Below, in pieces: positions 10,753-23,062 of a stretch of 57,303 bases of DNA (the stretch's first letter is position 1; each line of letters begins with the position of its first letter). Both the position numbers and the translations under genes were made by a program. A model generated the notes under the pieces. The model saw only the letters and a list, made by a program, of their open reading frames with translations. It searched no databases and was not told the origin of the DNA. The stretch spans positions 1,989,096 through 2,046,398 of the forward strand of contig WELB01000001.1 of assembly GCA_009602725.1 (NCBI GenBank). Direction: 5' to 3'. This stretch comes from Spirogloea muscicola. Its lineage: Eukaryota.

Positions 10753-13700
10753 CTACCTGTCATCGAAATCAAGGCTTATGTACCCTCGAGTCAAGCGCCC
10801 ATTTGTAGACCGCAACTCATTGATGAGGCGACTCGAATCAGACCCCAGAGCCCCCACAAAGTAGTCGCACTCAGAGGCAATGACCATATCGACTAGTACG
10901 CCTTCCAGCATGTGCTTCGCATCTGGAGGAGCCTCCGATGAATGACCTCCTGCTTCTGAGTAGTGCCAGTTCCAGTCCGTGTAATTAGAAGTGTCCTGGC
11001 GGGCAGCCTGAACAGCAATTACCAGATAGAGTCAGCTCAGCATCACAATTTATGGTGACAGAAACAGCTAACAATGATGTCAAGAACCTGGCCAACCTGA
11101 GCAACCTTGTGGTTGCAAGGAGAATGGCACAAGTATCCACCCCACGTTCCTGTGACACTTTCAGACGTACAAGTAGCAAACATGAAACATGCGACGGAGG
11201 TATGATTGCTAAGATAGGTCCTATCAAAGATTGGGTTGTGGGTGTTGCAATACCCATCTGCAGCAATGCATACCTCTGCATCAGTGCTCAGCCACACATT
11301 CTGCAAGTTGGGAATGTGCAACAGCACTCTTTGCGCCATGTACATGTACGAATGGAGGGAGAATTCCAAGCCCTCCTCCGACTTGGCCTTGCTATCCACA
11401 TGGATGCTCAGAATAGGACGCGGCATGTGTGCAGGTTGATGACGCCAGGCGAACTCGTCCAGAATGTGGTATTTCCGATTGAAGTTGATATCTTCAACAT
11501 CGCCCAGCTCACCTGAGCAGGAACCAGGAATCAGATCCTTGTCGCAGCAAAGTGGCAAGATACTGACAAGAATGTGGTGGTTCAGCCATGCATGGGCCCA
11601 GCAAGCTGGTGGTGGCAACTCACGCCAAACAATGCCAGCCAGCTATTCAAGGCTTGCAGCTGTTGAGCAGATCTGAACCTTACCATTATTGGAGTCATCG
11701 CTCCACTCTGCAGTCGTGAGCTGCTCCTCCTCAGCCATGGCAACTTGGACCGCCAACTTTTGACCAAAAAGCTTGTGACGCTCCATGTTCAGAAGCTGAC
11801 ACATGTACTCTGAAGGCCACCTCATCATGTACCTGCAAGCATGTCAACACGCAGTCCATCATCTTTGTAATGCAATTCCTCACTGCAAGCAGGGTCCTCA
11901 CATATATAAGATGATCTGCTTGTACCTGACGCTCTGGGCTCGCCACCACTGCAGCTGGAGCATAATCCCATTCACAGCTGCACTGTCCTTGTCATGCAGA
12001 AATTCAATTGTGGAGCGCGTCTCTGTCCAGGGAGTGCCCCATGTGCTGCAAACAAGCCGTAGAGGGATAAGCTCACCATCCTCACAGGTGAGACTGACCC
12101 GCAGACAAGGTGACCCTCTTATTGCTCAAAGGGTGACGGGAGGAGGCCCCGCGGCAGCTGTGACCCAGCCACCGTGACACTGCCAAGCCCATCTTGACAG
12201 TCTATTCGTGTAGGCTCTGTATGCTGTCCTTGTACTTTCCAAAGTTGCATCTGTATCTGGCCTCGTTAATGAGGTGAGCCCTAAGCTTTCGCCTAGGAGG
12301 ACAATGCCCAGCAAGGGAGGAGACAGTCCTTATCCAGCAGTGGTAAGTGGGATGGCAAGTGGCAATACGAGCTTTGCACGAAAAGTCTGACAATGACTTT
12401 TACACTGCACAGAGCAGGTAATCTGTCTGGCGCTCCTGGAGGGTGGAGCTCACCCAGGCGCTCCTGCAGCCAGCTGTCTATCAATGGACCATATTCTGCC
12501 GGGTATGTAGAGAACGTTCTCTGTCCCCGCAAGTCCTTCCTTGAGCTGCTCGAAGCTGTATATCTTCTTCCCTCCCTGGTCCCAGAGCTCGACAGCACGT
12601 CGTATGCACTCTTCAGGTGCCAGCGGGAAAAAGTAGCAGTCCATACTCAAAGCCGCTCCACCTGAATATTTACGCGGCACAACGACAAGCTGAAGAATCA
12701 GACAGTGCCTCTTGCAGAGGTCAGATTCCTCTGACATGGTCACTCTTGCAGGGCACACACAGCTGTGTTGCTGTGTCCTACTCAGAGTCCAACTTGCAGG
12801 TAATTACCATGCAGGCCTGCTGGTGCAGCGGGAGCTTGCCTGGGCACCAGTAGCTACCACTGTTGCCGGGTTTGAAGCTGCCAGGCATGGGGACCAAGAT
12901 ACGGCCGTGCTCCAGCGCCAGGCTCAGGGCCCTGCTCATAGTATGGAACATCTCTGCAACACCATACCCACTTGCAGCAGTCCATTCGACCAGTGCAAAG
13001 CGCAGCTCCGCTGCGCTGCAACTCGCAGGGTGCTGGTGCACCCATATGTCCCTCTGCACCGCCCTTGTGAACGGCAGATTGTCTGCATCGCCTCCCTCCA
13101 CCTGCTCCACAGAGCTCGCCCATTGTGTCACTGAGCGGCCAAGAGGTCCGGACGCACATAGAGACTTGCCATATCTTCGAAAATGCTGTTGAGATTGAGA
13201 TTCCGCCACTCTGAGCAAGGTGCATGAGAGGCCAGGGAGGCCTCTTTGCTGGTCAAGGCTCGCCGCAGCTCACCCAAGGCGTTGCAGGGCCTCGGACGCG
13301 CTCATGAGCCTCGTCGGCATCCCACTCCGGAAGAGACACGGCACGTCGCCGGTCTAGCGCCTGGCGCTCGCGCGTGAGCTCCACGCAGCTCTGCAGGTGG
13401 GGTGCGAGCGGGACGTGGAAGAACTCCTCGCCCTCGGCCACCGTGAGCAGCGGCACGCCAGCGCCGGCACCACCCTCCAGGCTGTGCTTCACTGCAGCGC
13501 CGCAGCAGTGCAGCACATAAGCGGAGCCACCAGTAGCTCCAAGAATGCCGTCACCAATCATGAGCTGCAATTGTGAGTGGATTCTGAGCCGCCTCGTTTC
13601 AGCGGTCCTCAGGATCCAGCAAATGCCGACGGCCTGAAGCGCGCAGGGCTCTCACCTGTCCAGAGCTTGTAGAGCATGGTGGCCATCTCGGAGACCTCCG

Positions 13701-13824
13701 ACTTGGCCGTCTCGTCGTCATCGCCGCGCGCCGCGGCCGGCCAGCCCAGGACGAGCAGGAGGGCGCAGAGCCCGGCGGCCGCTGCCAGTGGGAGCCCGCG
13801 CGGCGGCGGCGGCGGCCGCCTCAT
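10753..13824 (-). CDS. Plant alpha-1,6-fucosyltransferase-like protein (GT23-like, At5g28910 family), multi-exon, N-terminal signal/anchor
   Basis: Hydrophobic N-terminus. Exons give DIWVHQHPASC, SMDCYFFP, WWRAQSVRYMMRWPSEYMCQLLNMERHKLFG and PRPILSIHV...VWLSTD. The last exon ends ASECDYFVGALGSDSSRLINELRSTNG...DR* (stop 10753-10755). Family recognised from recalled motifs. Confidence 0.8.
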
Positions 13825-14134
13825 TCGAGCGAGACTTGGACCAAGGGCGCAAACACGGCCAGCACCGGGAGCGCCCGCGCAGAGGGCCGGAGGAGGCTGG
13901 CGGTGTGCGCCGGCGGAGGGGCTACGCGGCGGCGCCGCGCCGCCTCAGCGCAGCGCCCGACGGGGCCGCGGCGGCGTCGAGAAGCGGAGGCGCCGCGGCG
14001 TTGCGGGGCGACTGGCGGGGCGGGAGGCGAGGGGGCACGCTCGAGTTGAGCGGCGGAACGGAGCTTCTGAACGGAGCTGTTCCTGACGAACGGGTGTTGG
14101 TTGGTGGCGTGGGCGATGGCTGTTGATTTGAAAG

Positions 14135-15562
14135 GAGAGAAGGCGCGCGGTGCGCATGAAATTGAAGCGAGGCCAATTCAAGCCAATACATTTTCCACGC
14201 AGAAAATGCAGAAAGTGCAAAGAATGCAGCGCAAAGAATTTGGCTACATGAAATGACGCCATATACTAGGAGGGCCGGAGGTCCCACAGAGCGGGGAGCC
14301 GTGCTGACGGGGGGCCATGTCGACTCGACCTGTACCGCTTATGGAGCTGCTAGAGGGGGGAAAAGAAAGAAGCGCGGCCAGAATGACTGGTGGCTGGGAA
14401 AGGCCAGCCCAAAGGAATGGACAAGGTCTGAGGGAGTCTGAGTGCGAACGACTAGGACTAAGACATCAGCCAGGAAACGCTCCGTAACCTCTGGTTAGGA
14501 GATGCAAGTCTGAGTAGCTAGCTGGCGGAAAGACTTCGCCCTGACAGAAGCTGGAGGCCGCCGCCAAAGCTCGGCCTGCGCGCAAGTGAACCGCGAGAAA
14601 GTGCTCGCCCATTGAGAATAAGGGCTGGAACAACCAGCCCGAAAAAGAATGGAGTACGAGAAGGGGGCCAGGGGAAGCGCTAAGTAACAGAAACAAAGCT
14701 GCTACGAGACACTCAGTAACCCCTGCTAAGCAGCCGCGAGGGACCGCTGCATCGAGAAAGAAGAAAGTGCATCGAGACGGCCAAACGCACAAGGAAGACT
14801 TGAGCGAGGGACCCGGCGACGTTGAAGCCGGGCTGCTCGCCCTGCTGCCCCAGGCGGCGGGCCGCTGCACGCCGCGCCAGGCGGTGGAGCAAGTCAAGCC
14901 ATTTCGAGCCAAAGGCTCCGTGCACGTCGACTGCCAGTGGAACAAAATCGTCTCCCACCGGGTGGTCCGAGTACTTTCGTTCCTTTTCGCCCACCGCTTG
15001 GCCGACTGCGAAGCCCGCCTCCTCCGACGAGCGTTTTGAGCTGCTGGAAACAAAGCAGTCAGTTGTGATGACGCGGAAAGCGCGCCGGGCGCATGAAATA
15101 AAATGGAGGCCAATTCAAGCCGATACATTGTTAAAGGAGGGTAAGGAAGCAGCAAAGGGGGGGTTTTCTCTGGGGGGGTGGCACCGTGGAGCAGTGAGCT
15201 ATTTCAAACGAGTTTGAGTGAACGATGGAGAGGGCCTGAGTGGCCAATTACAAAAACGCAGAAATTGGCTCTCAAAGAATAAGGGCTCGCTCATTGAAAG
15301 AAAAATTCCGTGTATAAGACAAACGTAGGCCAAATGGCCAAGTACACAGGCAAGCACATCTAAAGATCTACATAAAGAGGGCAAGAGCCGCGAGCAGCCC
15401 GGAATAGAAGGAAGCGCGGCCAGATTGACTGGTTGCTGGGAAAGGCCAGCCCAAAAGAATGGACAAAGTCTGAGGGATGAGTTGACAAGGTCCGGAGGAA
15501 ATTTCGTGTATTTGAAACAATCGAAGGCCAGTATGGCCAAGTACAGAGGTAAGCACATCTTA
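14135..15562 (-). mobile_element. Nest of minus-strand retrotransposon 3' ends: family D RLE fragment carrying nested A insertions, plus B and C tails
   Basis: D peptide KERKYSDHPVGDDFVPLAVDVHGAFGSKW...HLRAGRAL...LTRGYGAFPG*. A insertion 14598-14733 with TSD CCGCGAG. 10-nt insertion 14758-14767 with TSD TGCATCGAGA. B tails at 14135-14190 and about 15075-15132; C tails at 15300-15562. Confidence 0.85.
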
Positions 15563-15590
15563 TGACGTAGCAGCTAGCATCTAGCAGCTA

Positions 15591-16965
15591 CTGGAGCTGC
15601 TAGTGGAGTGAGGCAGCAGCTGTGCCAGGAGGAATGGAGGGGTGGGGGGGGGAAGAGGGCTGGAAGTGCCGATTGGGGCCTTGACGACCTGTCCTGCTGG
15701 AGCTGCTAGAGGAGGAGTTGGGCAGCAGCAGTAGCAGGAGGGATGGAAGGGGGGGGAAGGATGGCCGAAAGTGCCGGTGAGGGCCTTGTCGATCTGGCCT
15801 GGCAGCAGTGGCAGGAGGAGGGATGGCGGGAAGGGGAAGGAGGGCCGGCTGCTAGAGGAGTGAGGCAGCAGCAGTGCCAGGAGGAATGGAGGGGTGGGGG
15901 GGGGAAGAGGGCTGGAAGTGCCGATTGGGGCCTTGACGACCTGTCCTGCTGGAGCTGCTAGAGGAGGAGTTGGGCAGCAGCAGTAGCAGGAGGGATGGAA
16001 GGGGGGGGAAGGATGGCCGAAAGTGCCGGTGAGGGCCTTGTCGATCTGGCCTGGCAGCAGTGGCAGGAGGAGGGATGGCGGGAAGGGGAAGGAGGGCCGG
16101 CTGCTAGAGGAGTGAGGCAGCAGCAGTGCCAGGAGGAATGGAGGGGTGGGGGGGGGAAGAGGGCTGGAAGTGCCGATTGGGGCCTTGACGACCTGTCCTG
16201 CTGGAGCTGCTAGAGGAGGAGTTGGGCAGCAGCAGTAGCAGGAGGGATGGAAGGGGGGGGAAGGATGGCCGAAAGTGCCGGTGAGGGCCTTGTCGATCTG
16301 GCCTGGCAGCAGTGGCAGGAGGAGGGATGGCGGGAAGGGGAAGGAGGGCCGGCTGCTAGAGGAGTGAGGCAGCAGCAGTGCCAGGAGGAATGGAGGGGTG
16401 GGGGGGGGAAGAGGGCTGGAAGTGCCGATTGGGGCCTTGACGACCTGTCCTGCTGGAGCTGCTAGAGGAGGAGTTGGGCAGCAGCAGTAGCAGGAGGGAT
16501 GGAAGGGGGGGGAAGGATGGCCGAAAGTGCCGGTGAGGGCCTTGTCGATCTGGCCTGGCAGCAGTGGCAGGAGGAGGGATGGCGGGAAGGGGAAGGAGGG
16601 CCGGCTGCTAGAGGAGTGAGGCAGCAGCAGTGCCAGGAGGAATGGAGGGGTGGGGGGGGGAAGAGGGCTGGAAGTGCCGATTGGGGCCTTGACGACCTGT
16701 CCTGCTGGAGCTGCTAGAGGAGGAGTTGGGCAGCAGCAGTAGCAGGAGGGATGGAATGGGGGGGAAGGATGGCCGAAAGTGCCGGTGAGGGCCTTGTCGA
16801 TCTGGCCTGGCAGCAGTGGCAGGAGGAGGGATGGCGGGAAGGGGAAGGAGGGCCGGCTGCTAGAGGAGTGAGGCAGCAGCAGTGCCAGGAGGAATGGAGG
16901 GGTGGGGGGGGGAAGAGGGCTGGAAGTGCCGATTGGGGCCTTGACGACCTGTCCTGCTGGAGCTG
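15591..16965. repeat. 252-bp G-rich tandem repeat, about 5.4 near-identical copies, each built from two diverged subunits
   Basis: The same ORF start recurs at 15743, 15995, 16247, 16499 and 16751 (period 252). Both subunits start GCTGCTAGAGGAG and share AAGTGCCG and GGCCTTG. Confidence 0.97.
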
Positions 16966-17013
16966 GCACAGCGGTGGCGGGGCCAGGTGTCCCACTCGCC
17001 CGCCGGAGCAGCC

Positions 17014-18243
17014 ATGGCCGCTGGCGGCAGCGGTGGCGGCGTGGCGCCACAGCACGCCGTGGCCGTCGTCGTCATGGGCGTCTCCGGCGCCGGCAAGAGG
17101 TGCCCGCTCCCCTTTCCCGCCGCTCGCTCACTAGCTGCCCCTCGGCTGGTCGGCCGCACTATGAAGCAGTGTGGCGACTTGCCGCAATGTCAACCCCACC
17201 TTCCGGCGCCTCCGCGGGGGGTTGCTGGTGCTGCAGCTGGGGTTTGCCCCACGCCTGATGGACGGCGCGGGCCGTGGTGGGTCAGCTCCGTGGGGCGCCT
17301 GCTGGCGGACGAGCTCGGCTGCACCTTCCTGGACGCCGACGACTTCCACTCTAATGAGAGCCGAGGTGCGCTGCCGGCGCCGCTGCCGCCCGCTCCGTTG
17401 TGCAGAATTGCACAGAGCCTGGTGGCAGGGAAATCTCGCATCGAGGGTCCCTTGTGACTTCAGCGGCATTGGCCCTTTCTTGTTTGGCGCTTCATAGAAG
17501 ATGCGCCGAAGTGCTCCTTCTGGGTGCAGCACCAGGAAAGGCTCAGCTTGGCACGGTGCAATAGTGGAGTGCAATGCACGAATATTTTGCAAGGGCTTGA
17601 TCGCGCTTGCCACAGCCCCTGTTAGCCGACTGATTGTGCTTGCGTTGCGCTCCTCCTTGCAGCTAAGATGCGCGGCGGCATCCCGCTCACCGAGGACGAC
17701 AGGGCGCCGTGGCTGCGGCGCCTGGCCGAGCAGCTGGCCTCCCACGTTGCGCACGGCCGCAGCGTCGTGCTCGCGTGCTCCGCCCTGCAGCGCTCGTATC
17801 GCTGTGTGCTCGATGGAAGCACGCCCCACGTCAGTGGCGGCCCTTGTTCACCTGATGTCCCCAGGGCAGGGCCAGGCATTGACCTTGATCACAGTGTGGA
17901 GCATGCAGACATCCACAACCTCAGTCACCCAAGCTGCTCTCGAGCTAGTGCGGCATGCACGCAAGATGCAGAAAGTACAATAGCAGCCAAGCGCCGCAGC
18001 CGGGTGCTCTTTGTATACCTGCGTGGCAGTGCGCAGCTCTTTGCTGGGAGGCTCAAAGCAAGGGCAGCAGAAGGGATGCACTTCATGCCGCCTGCCCTAC
18101 TCCAATCGCAAATAGACCTCCTGCAAGTCTGCGATGGCGAGCCCGGGGTTATCACCTTGGATGCAGCAAAACCAGTGTCCACTATCGTGTCCGAGGCTGT
18201 GTTGCAGATTCAGGAGCAAGTGCGCCTGAAGGCTTTTCTCTGA
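17014..18243 (+). CDS. GntK: Gluconokinase (GntK/IdnK family); exons 17014-17099, 17286-17365, 17663-18243
   Basis: P-loop VVVMGVSGAGKS, FLDADDFHS, KMRGGIPLTEDDRAPWL, VLACSAL and HFMPPALLQSQ. GT-AG introns restore the frame. Confidence 0.93.
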
Positions 18244-18480
18244 CTTGCAGCCATGCTATGCTGTGCAATGTAACGCAATAAGAAAGGTTGGCTGGGGAGT
18301 TGACAGCTAACGAAGAAGCAGCAGGACATCTTTTCCGGCAGCGAGTATGTAAGCCTCCCTGCTCAGCCTTGTACCCGCGCTCACAAAAAAGCTGCACTAT
18401 AGCAGGACGCTTGTGCTCTTGGTGACTTGCCATGACCGGGCAGAGAAGCTCAGCCCGTCCGATAGCTGTTGATGCACTTG

Positions 18481-18598
18481 TAGCTGTTAATAAGTGAAGA
18501 GCAGCATGGGCGATGGGAACCTTGGCCTTTCAGAGACAATAGCTGTTAATAACTGAAGAGCAGCATGGGCGATGGGGACCTTGGCCTCCCAGAGACAT
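18481..18598. repeat. 59-bp tandem duplication
   Basis: TAGCTGTTAATAA.TGAAGAGCAGCATGGGCGATGGG.ACCTTGGCCT..CAGAGACA occurs twice, starting at 18481 and 18540. Confidence 0.9.
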
Positions 18599-18922
18599 GC
18601 CCTGCCCGCTTCCGGTTGCCCTTCCACTGCTGCAGTGCTGAGTGCCATCGCTGGTGATTTGGTGCGACGTTTTGGGCTGCCCATGCCGCCGGAGTCCTCG
18701 GTTGGCCTGGTCAGTAGGCGGCCTTGGCGCTTGCCAATACCAGTCCTAGAGAGCAGCTGAACGACTGCATCTGCCTTTCAGCCGCCTGCCTCAGATGGCC
18801 ACTTGCGTCTGAGGCTGCAGCGTTTCGTGACAGCCCCCCCACTGCAACCAGAATTGCCTCTCGTGACGAGGCAAGGTGGCAGCCCGGGCGCCGGGGCGCC
18901 GTCAAGGATCGCGGGCCTGGCA

Positions 18923-20249
18923 ATGCAGGGGCAGGAGTTTGCGGCTATGGAGGGTGTGGCCTCCAGGGCTCCGAGGCCAGCTCGACTGCGCGCCCGGCCT
19001 TGGGACGCCCTCCTCGTCGCCTTCTTCGCGCTGCACATCCTCACCACTGTCCTCGTCGACGCTCAGCTTGTGCTGCCCGCCGAGCGCTTCCCAGCCGCCC
19101 TCCAAAGCCTTGTCCGCTGGCACGTTGCAACGTACAAGGATTTCCTCGTCGGTCCGCACTCCCTCCTTGCTGCTTTGGTGCTGCTCGGCCATCCTTGCTT
19201 GGCTTCTGACAGTCGGCCTAGACCTTGCCTGCACCGTCTGGCACCAGTGAGTTTGCTTCACGCTTGCTTGAGGTGTTGCTCACAATACTTGGCCAAGGAC
19301 ACGGTGACATACACCTTGCTTAGCTAGTAGCAACATTAGCGAGTACAAGAAGCATGTAGACCTTCCTGTGATTTGTCCACACTGCTGCCTCTGAGTCTTG
19401 GATGGTGCTTTGAGAGACGGCTCGTGCGCCTTCCAGGTGAGAAGCCGCTTTGGTTTGTCTCTCTCGTCTGGTGCGAGGTCCTCTTCCAGCTGCCCTTCTA
19501 TGTGGTTGCAGTCTATGCTTTCCTGTATGGTAAGTTGCCGCCCATGATCAGAGGAGGTCGGGTAGCATGCAACATGGCTTCAGCTGCCCACTTTCCCATA
19601 CAACTTGTTGTCAATAAACGGCGTGGACATGCAGCAGCAGTGGAGAACTGAAGGCGCCATGGTAGCATGAAGGACAATGCGATGTAGATTTGAGCTTCAG
19701 TCCCTGATTAAGCAGATAGGCAATGAAGACTGCAATCACATTATATACGGGATCACCATAACTATGTGCTGCCTTTCAGAGAGGAGCTGGATCAGAGTCC
19801 CAGCCATTGTCTACGCAGCGCATACTGCAACCACAATGGTAAGTCCTTCCACACCTTAGTGTGCTTCTCAAGGAGCCCCAATGCATAGTCGAGACATTGC
19901 AACGACTTCTTGCTGGAGTGCCTCGTGCACGTGAAGCAAGTTAGTCCAGATATCAAGGATAGGAAGCTGTGCCTCAGCAGTCTGATTCTGTTCGATGACC
20001 TAGGCACTTGCAGAGGGCAAAGTGGTATCCAGCCTCTAGCTCTGTGTTATGTCATTCATGTGCCTCCTGCCTATGCAGGTGCCGATATTGACAGTCATCC
20101 TCTGCTCCTCCTTAAGCAGGGCGGATCGTTTAGCTTTGACTGGTGTCTACTTGCCCTTCCTTGTATTGCCCTTGCTAGTGCTCCTGCGCATAGCTCCACA
20201 ATCTGAACCGTTTGCACAAGCCCTTCGTCCACCAGAAAAGGAGGATTGA
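18923..20249 (+). CDS. TMEM97: TMEM97 / sigma-2 receptor-like EXPERA-domain membrane protein (4 exons)
   Basis: FFALHILTTVLVDAQ, YKDFLVGEKPLWF, VWCEVLFQLPFY, AIVYAAHTATTMVPIL and YLPFLVLP; four hydrophobic helices. An alternative ATG lies at 18947. Confidence 0.88.
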
Positions 20250-20362
20250 AAGAATGAAATAATGGGGAGCTCCCTGCCTTAGACTAACGGGCGTGTTCCT
20301 ACTCATCACATGACTATGATAAATCACTCAGCACCATCCAGAGCGTCTGGCCGTACACGTTT

Positions 20363-22636
20363 TTAAGCATCTGAGGCATCACGGATACCATCAGCTGATA
20401 CTGCAAACTGCGCTGTGGCTGCCTTTAAGGACGGCGACTTATAGATGTGAGCAAATCGCTTGCCATCTGCCCAATAAAGAATGATCCGGTTGGTGCAAGC
20501 ATGCGACCAACTTTCACCTGCATCACAAACAGAGAGACAGTAACTATCAATCAAGGGCGCCAGCATAGACCATAGTAGAAGTACTGTTTGTGATTAAGCT
20601 TGCACATCAGCTACCACCAACAGACATGTGCCAACATATGGGCAGAAGTCCATGCTGCTGCCTTATCTGTGATTGAGAGGAGATAATTGTTGCAGCCTGG
20701 ACAAGGCCAGTAAGAATACTACTGTCATGACGGGCTACCTACCAAGGGCAGGAACCAACTTCGACTTTTCTCCATTGACCTTGGTTGTGACCTGATTGAT
20801 CAATACGACCTGTTTTCAAGGAATTCTCAGGTCAGTCTAGGCGCAACATGAACCCATTAATGGCAAGTCAGTCAAAGAGTAGTCTCCTGCTCATGACACT
20901 GCAAGACTTCTTAGAGTATGGCGGAGCACGCCATGCTGGTTAATAGCCGATATGCGCTCGTCTTGACGTTGGCTCAGGAGCTTACAGCCAGGTCATGTTG
21001 ATCAGAGATTGCCATGAGTTTCTGAGCCATGCCATTAAGAAGTCGGGACCGCTGAGCCATGTCATCAAAGTCTTGACGGAAGTGGAATGTAACACTGTCA
21101 ATGACTACCAACTTGACCTGTCTCCAGTAACACAACTGAACCTAATAAGCACAGAGAGCTCACTGCAATTTGACAAGAACCATAAAAGATTAGCAGACAA
21201 TCTAGCTTGATTGAAAGTGAATGGCATATCTGTCCACCGCAAATTGCAGGTCACCACTCACCTTCACATGCTCAGTGAGAAAATCATGAAGTGCGTTGAT
21301 CAGGCCCAGCTGCTCGACATAGTCGTATATTCTGAAATAGTATATGCTAGAGAGTATGTCACTATGAGTCATTGTTGCGAAGCTTTGCTTGACGCTTTCA
21401 AATCCTTGTGATGCAGCCTGTTTGTGCAGATCACTGATCCAAGCCTTTGACATTTCCAACGCTCTCTCCACCATAAAACTCCCCTCGGTGTCTGCAAACA
21501 ACCAGGGTAGTTGAGAGAATCCTCTGTAACACATACTCTGCCAGCAACTTCAATTATCTGAAATTGGCGGTCGTGTCCTGTCTGTTGAGCTGGCCTCTTT
21601 GTCATTGGCCATTTCAAAGCCCTCTACTTGCAATATCCATAAGCAAGTGAGGATTTAGGAGAAATATAGCGCATACCAATATAGACAGCCTCCCCTGAAA
21701 GGCCTCCAACTTCCAATGGCAACTGAACATTGATTGACAGTTGAATGCTGCGGACACGATGAGGAACATCAGGAACCTATGATTGTATTAGCAGCATCTG
21801 TGGCTCTCATGCATTGGTGACATCGCAAACTTGCAGATCAAGCGTTACCCCAGCTGCGTTTTCCCCACACCAGGAACGCCACCTAATTGAAGATAAGTTG
21901 CAGTTGTCAGCAGTCTTCACAGGGCTTCCAAATCCCTCATAAGACTACAGCATATAAAGGAGAGTGCAAAACATTCCTTGATCTGCCACCACTTACAAAT
22001 CTCGGTTACCTCCTGAGGACAAATACCACCACCCAGAATGCGATCCAACTCCTGACAGGATGTCAATATGCGTTTCCTGCCTTTCTCAAGCTCTAGCAAT
22101 TGCCACGCTGATTTTGCTCCTGCACCAATCAGGGTCCAGTGTCGAGTGCATGGAGAACAAGTAAATATGCAATCTCCAAGATACTGACAGCCAGGGTACG
22201 TTCAGCGACAAGCATATGGACCGATTTGACAGATAATTCAACATGGAGCGGACATTATTTTGAATCTGAAGCATGGCCTGTCACTGTGATAGAAGGGAAG
22301 GGCATACCTGCCACAGCTGTATCCGCAGTCGTGGTAGTGGAGGTCCATCTTGCCCTTGGAACAAGCTTGAGTATGCTCAGCGCTTCCTCGTGGGATATCG
22401 AGGCATCTGCAAGCGGCTGTGGTAGAGTAACTCCTTTTGCTGCTGAGAAGGTAAGGTCTGGTCCAGCTCTAGTAGATGCCACTCCAAAGAAACAGCGTGC
22501 GTGACTTCGTTGACGCAAGCATACCTTTTGCAAGCTCAACTGGTCCAACGCCCTGCAGGTCGCCAGTTGTAAGGAAGCCGGCCGAGAGGAGCTTCGACCG
22601 CAGCGTCGGTGGAAGAGCGAGGGAGATGACTTCCAT
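20363..22636 (-). CDS. RAD51C: DNA repair protein RAD51 paralog C, multi-exon
   Basis: ELDRILGGGI, Walker A GVPGVGKTQLG, GGLSGEAVYIDTEGSFMVER, Walker B LVVIDSVTFHFRQDF, VVLINQVTT and PALGESWSHACTNRIILYW. Confidence 0.92.
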
Positions 22637-22943
22637 GGTGCTAGTCAGGAGCAAGTCGCCCGCTCGCCGGCGCGTCTCCACTACATTCAGAAGCAGCATT
22701 CTCTCAGTGGAATGGTAGGGAAGACTCTACATCACTGATGCACTGCGGCAGACCAGAGGAGGCAGAAGTGCTGCGAGCTTTCCGCCACACCGCGGCGGGG
22801 CGGCAGCCGTCGGGAGGTCTGCGATGGGGCAAGCGAGCCGCGCGCACCATGAGGCGCTGCGCCTGCGGCAGCGGCAGGACTGAAGCCTGCTGCTAGTGCT
22901 GAAGACACCGTTAGTGCTGCTCATAGCTCGTTGTGGCATGGGC

Positions 22944-23062
22944 GAGAGAAGGCGCGCGGGGCGCATGAAATGAAATGGAGGCCAGTTCAAGCCGATACAT
23001 TGTTCAGGCAGAGTCTAGGGCAAACTTAACAGGGCTACATAATAGGGAGACCTAAACTAAAA
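22944..23062 (-). mobile_element. Family B retrotransposon 3' tail in the RAD51C/beta-adaptin divergent promoter
   Basis: Reverse complement of the B UTR (TTTAGGTCTCC...CCCTAGACTCTGCCTGAACAATGTATCGGCTTGAACTGGCCTCC...GCGCCTTCTCTC), as at 590-700 and 47140-47254. Confidence 0.9.

Noticed and set aside
15591..16965. CRISPR-like array
   Set aside because: Whole units are identical, with no unique spacers and no cas genes, and the context is eukaryotic.
15581..17050. 489-aa Pro-rich ORF on the minus strand
   Set aside because: It is a by-product of a C-rich 252-bp unit (a multiple of 3) and overlaps gluconokinase exon 1 antisense. It has no convincing start or signal peptide and no independent support.
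17815..18000. Long insertion within gluconokinase exon 3
   Set aside because: It is in frame and lies in a loop that is variable in this family; a small intron cannot be excluded, but nothing indicates novelty.
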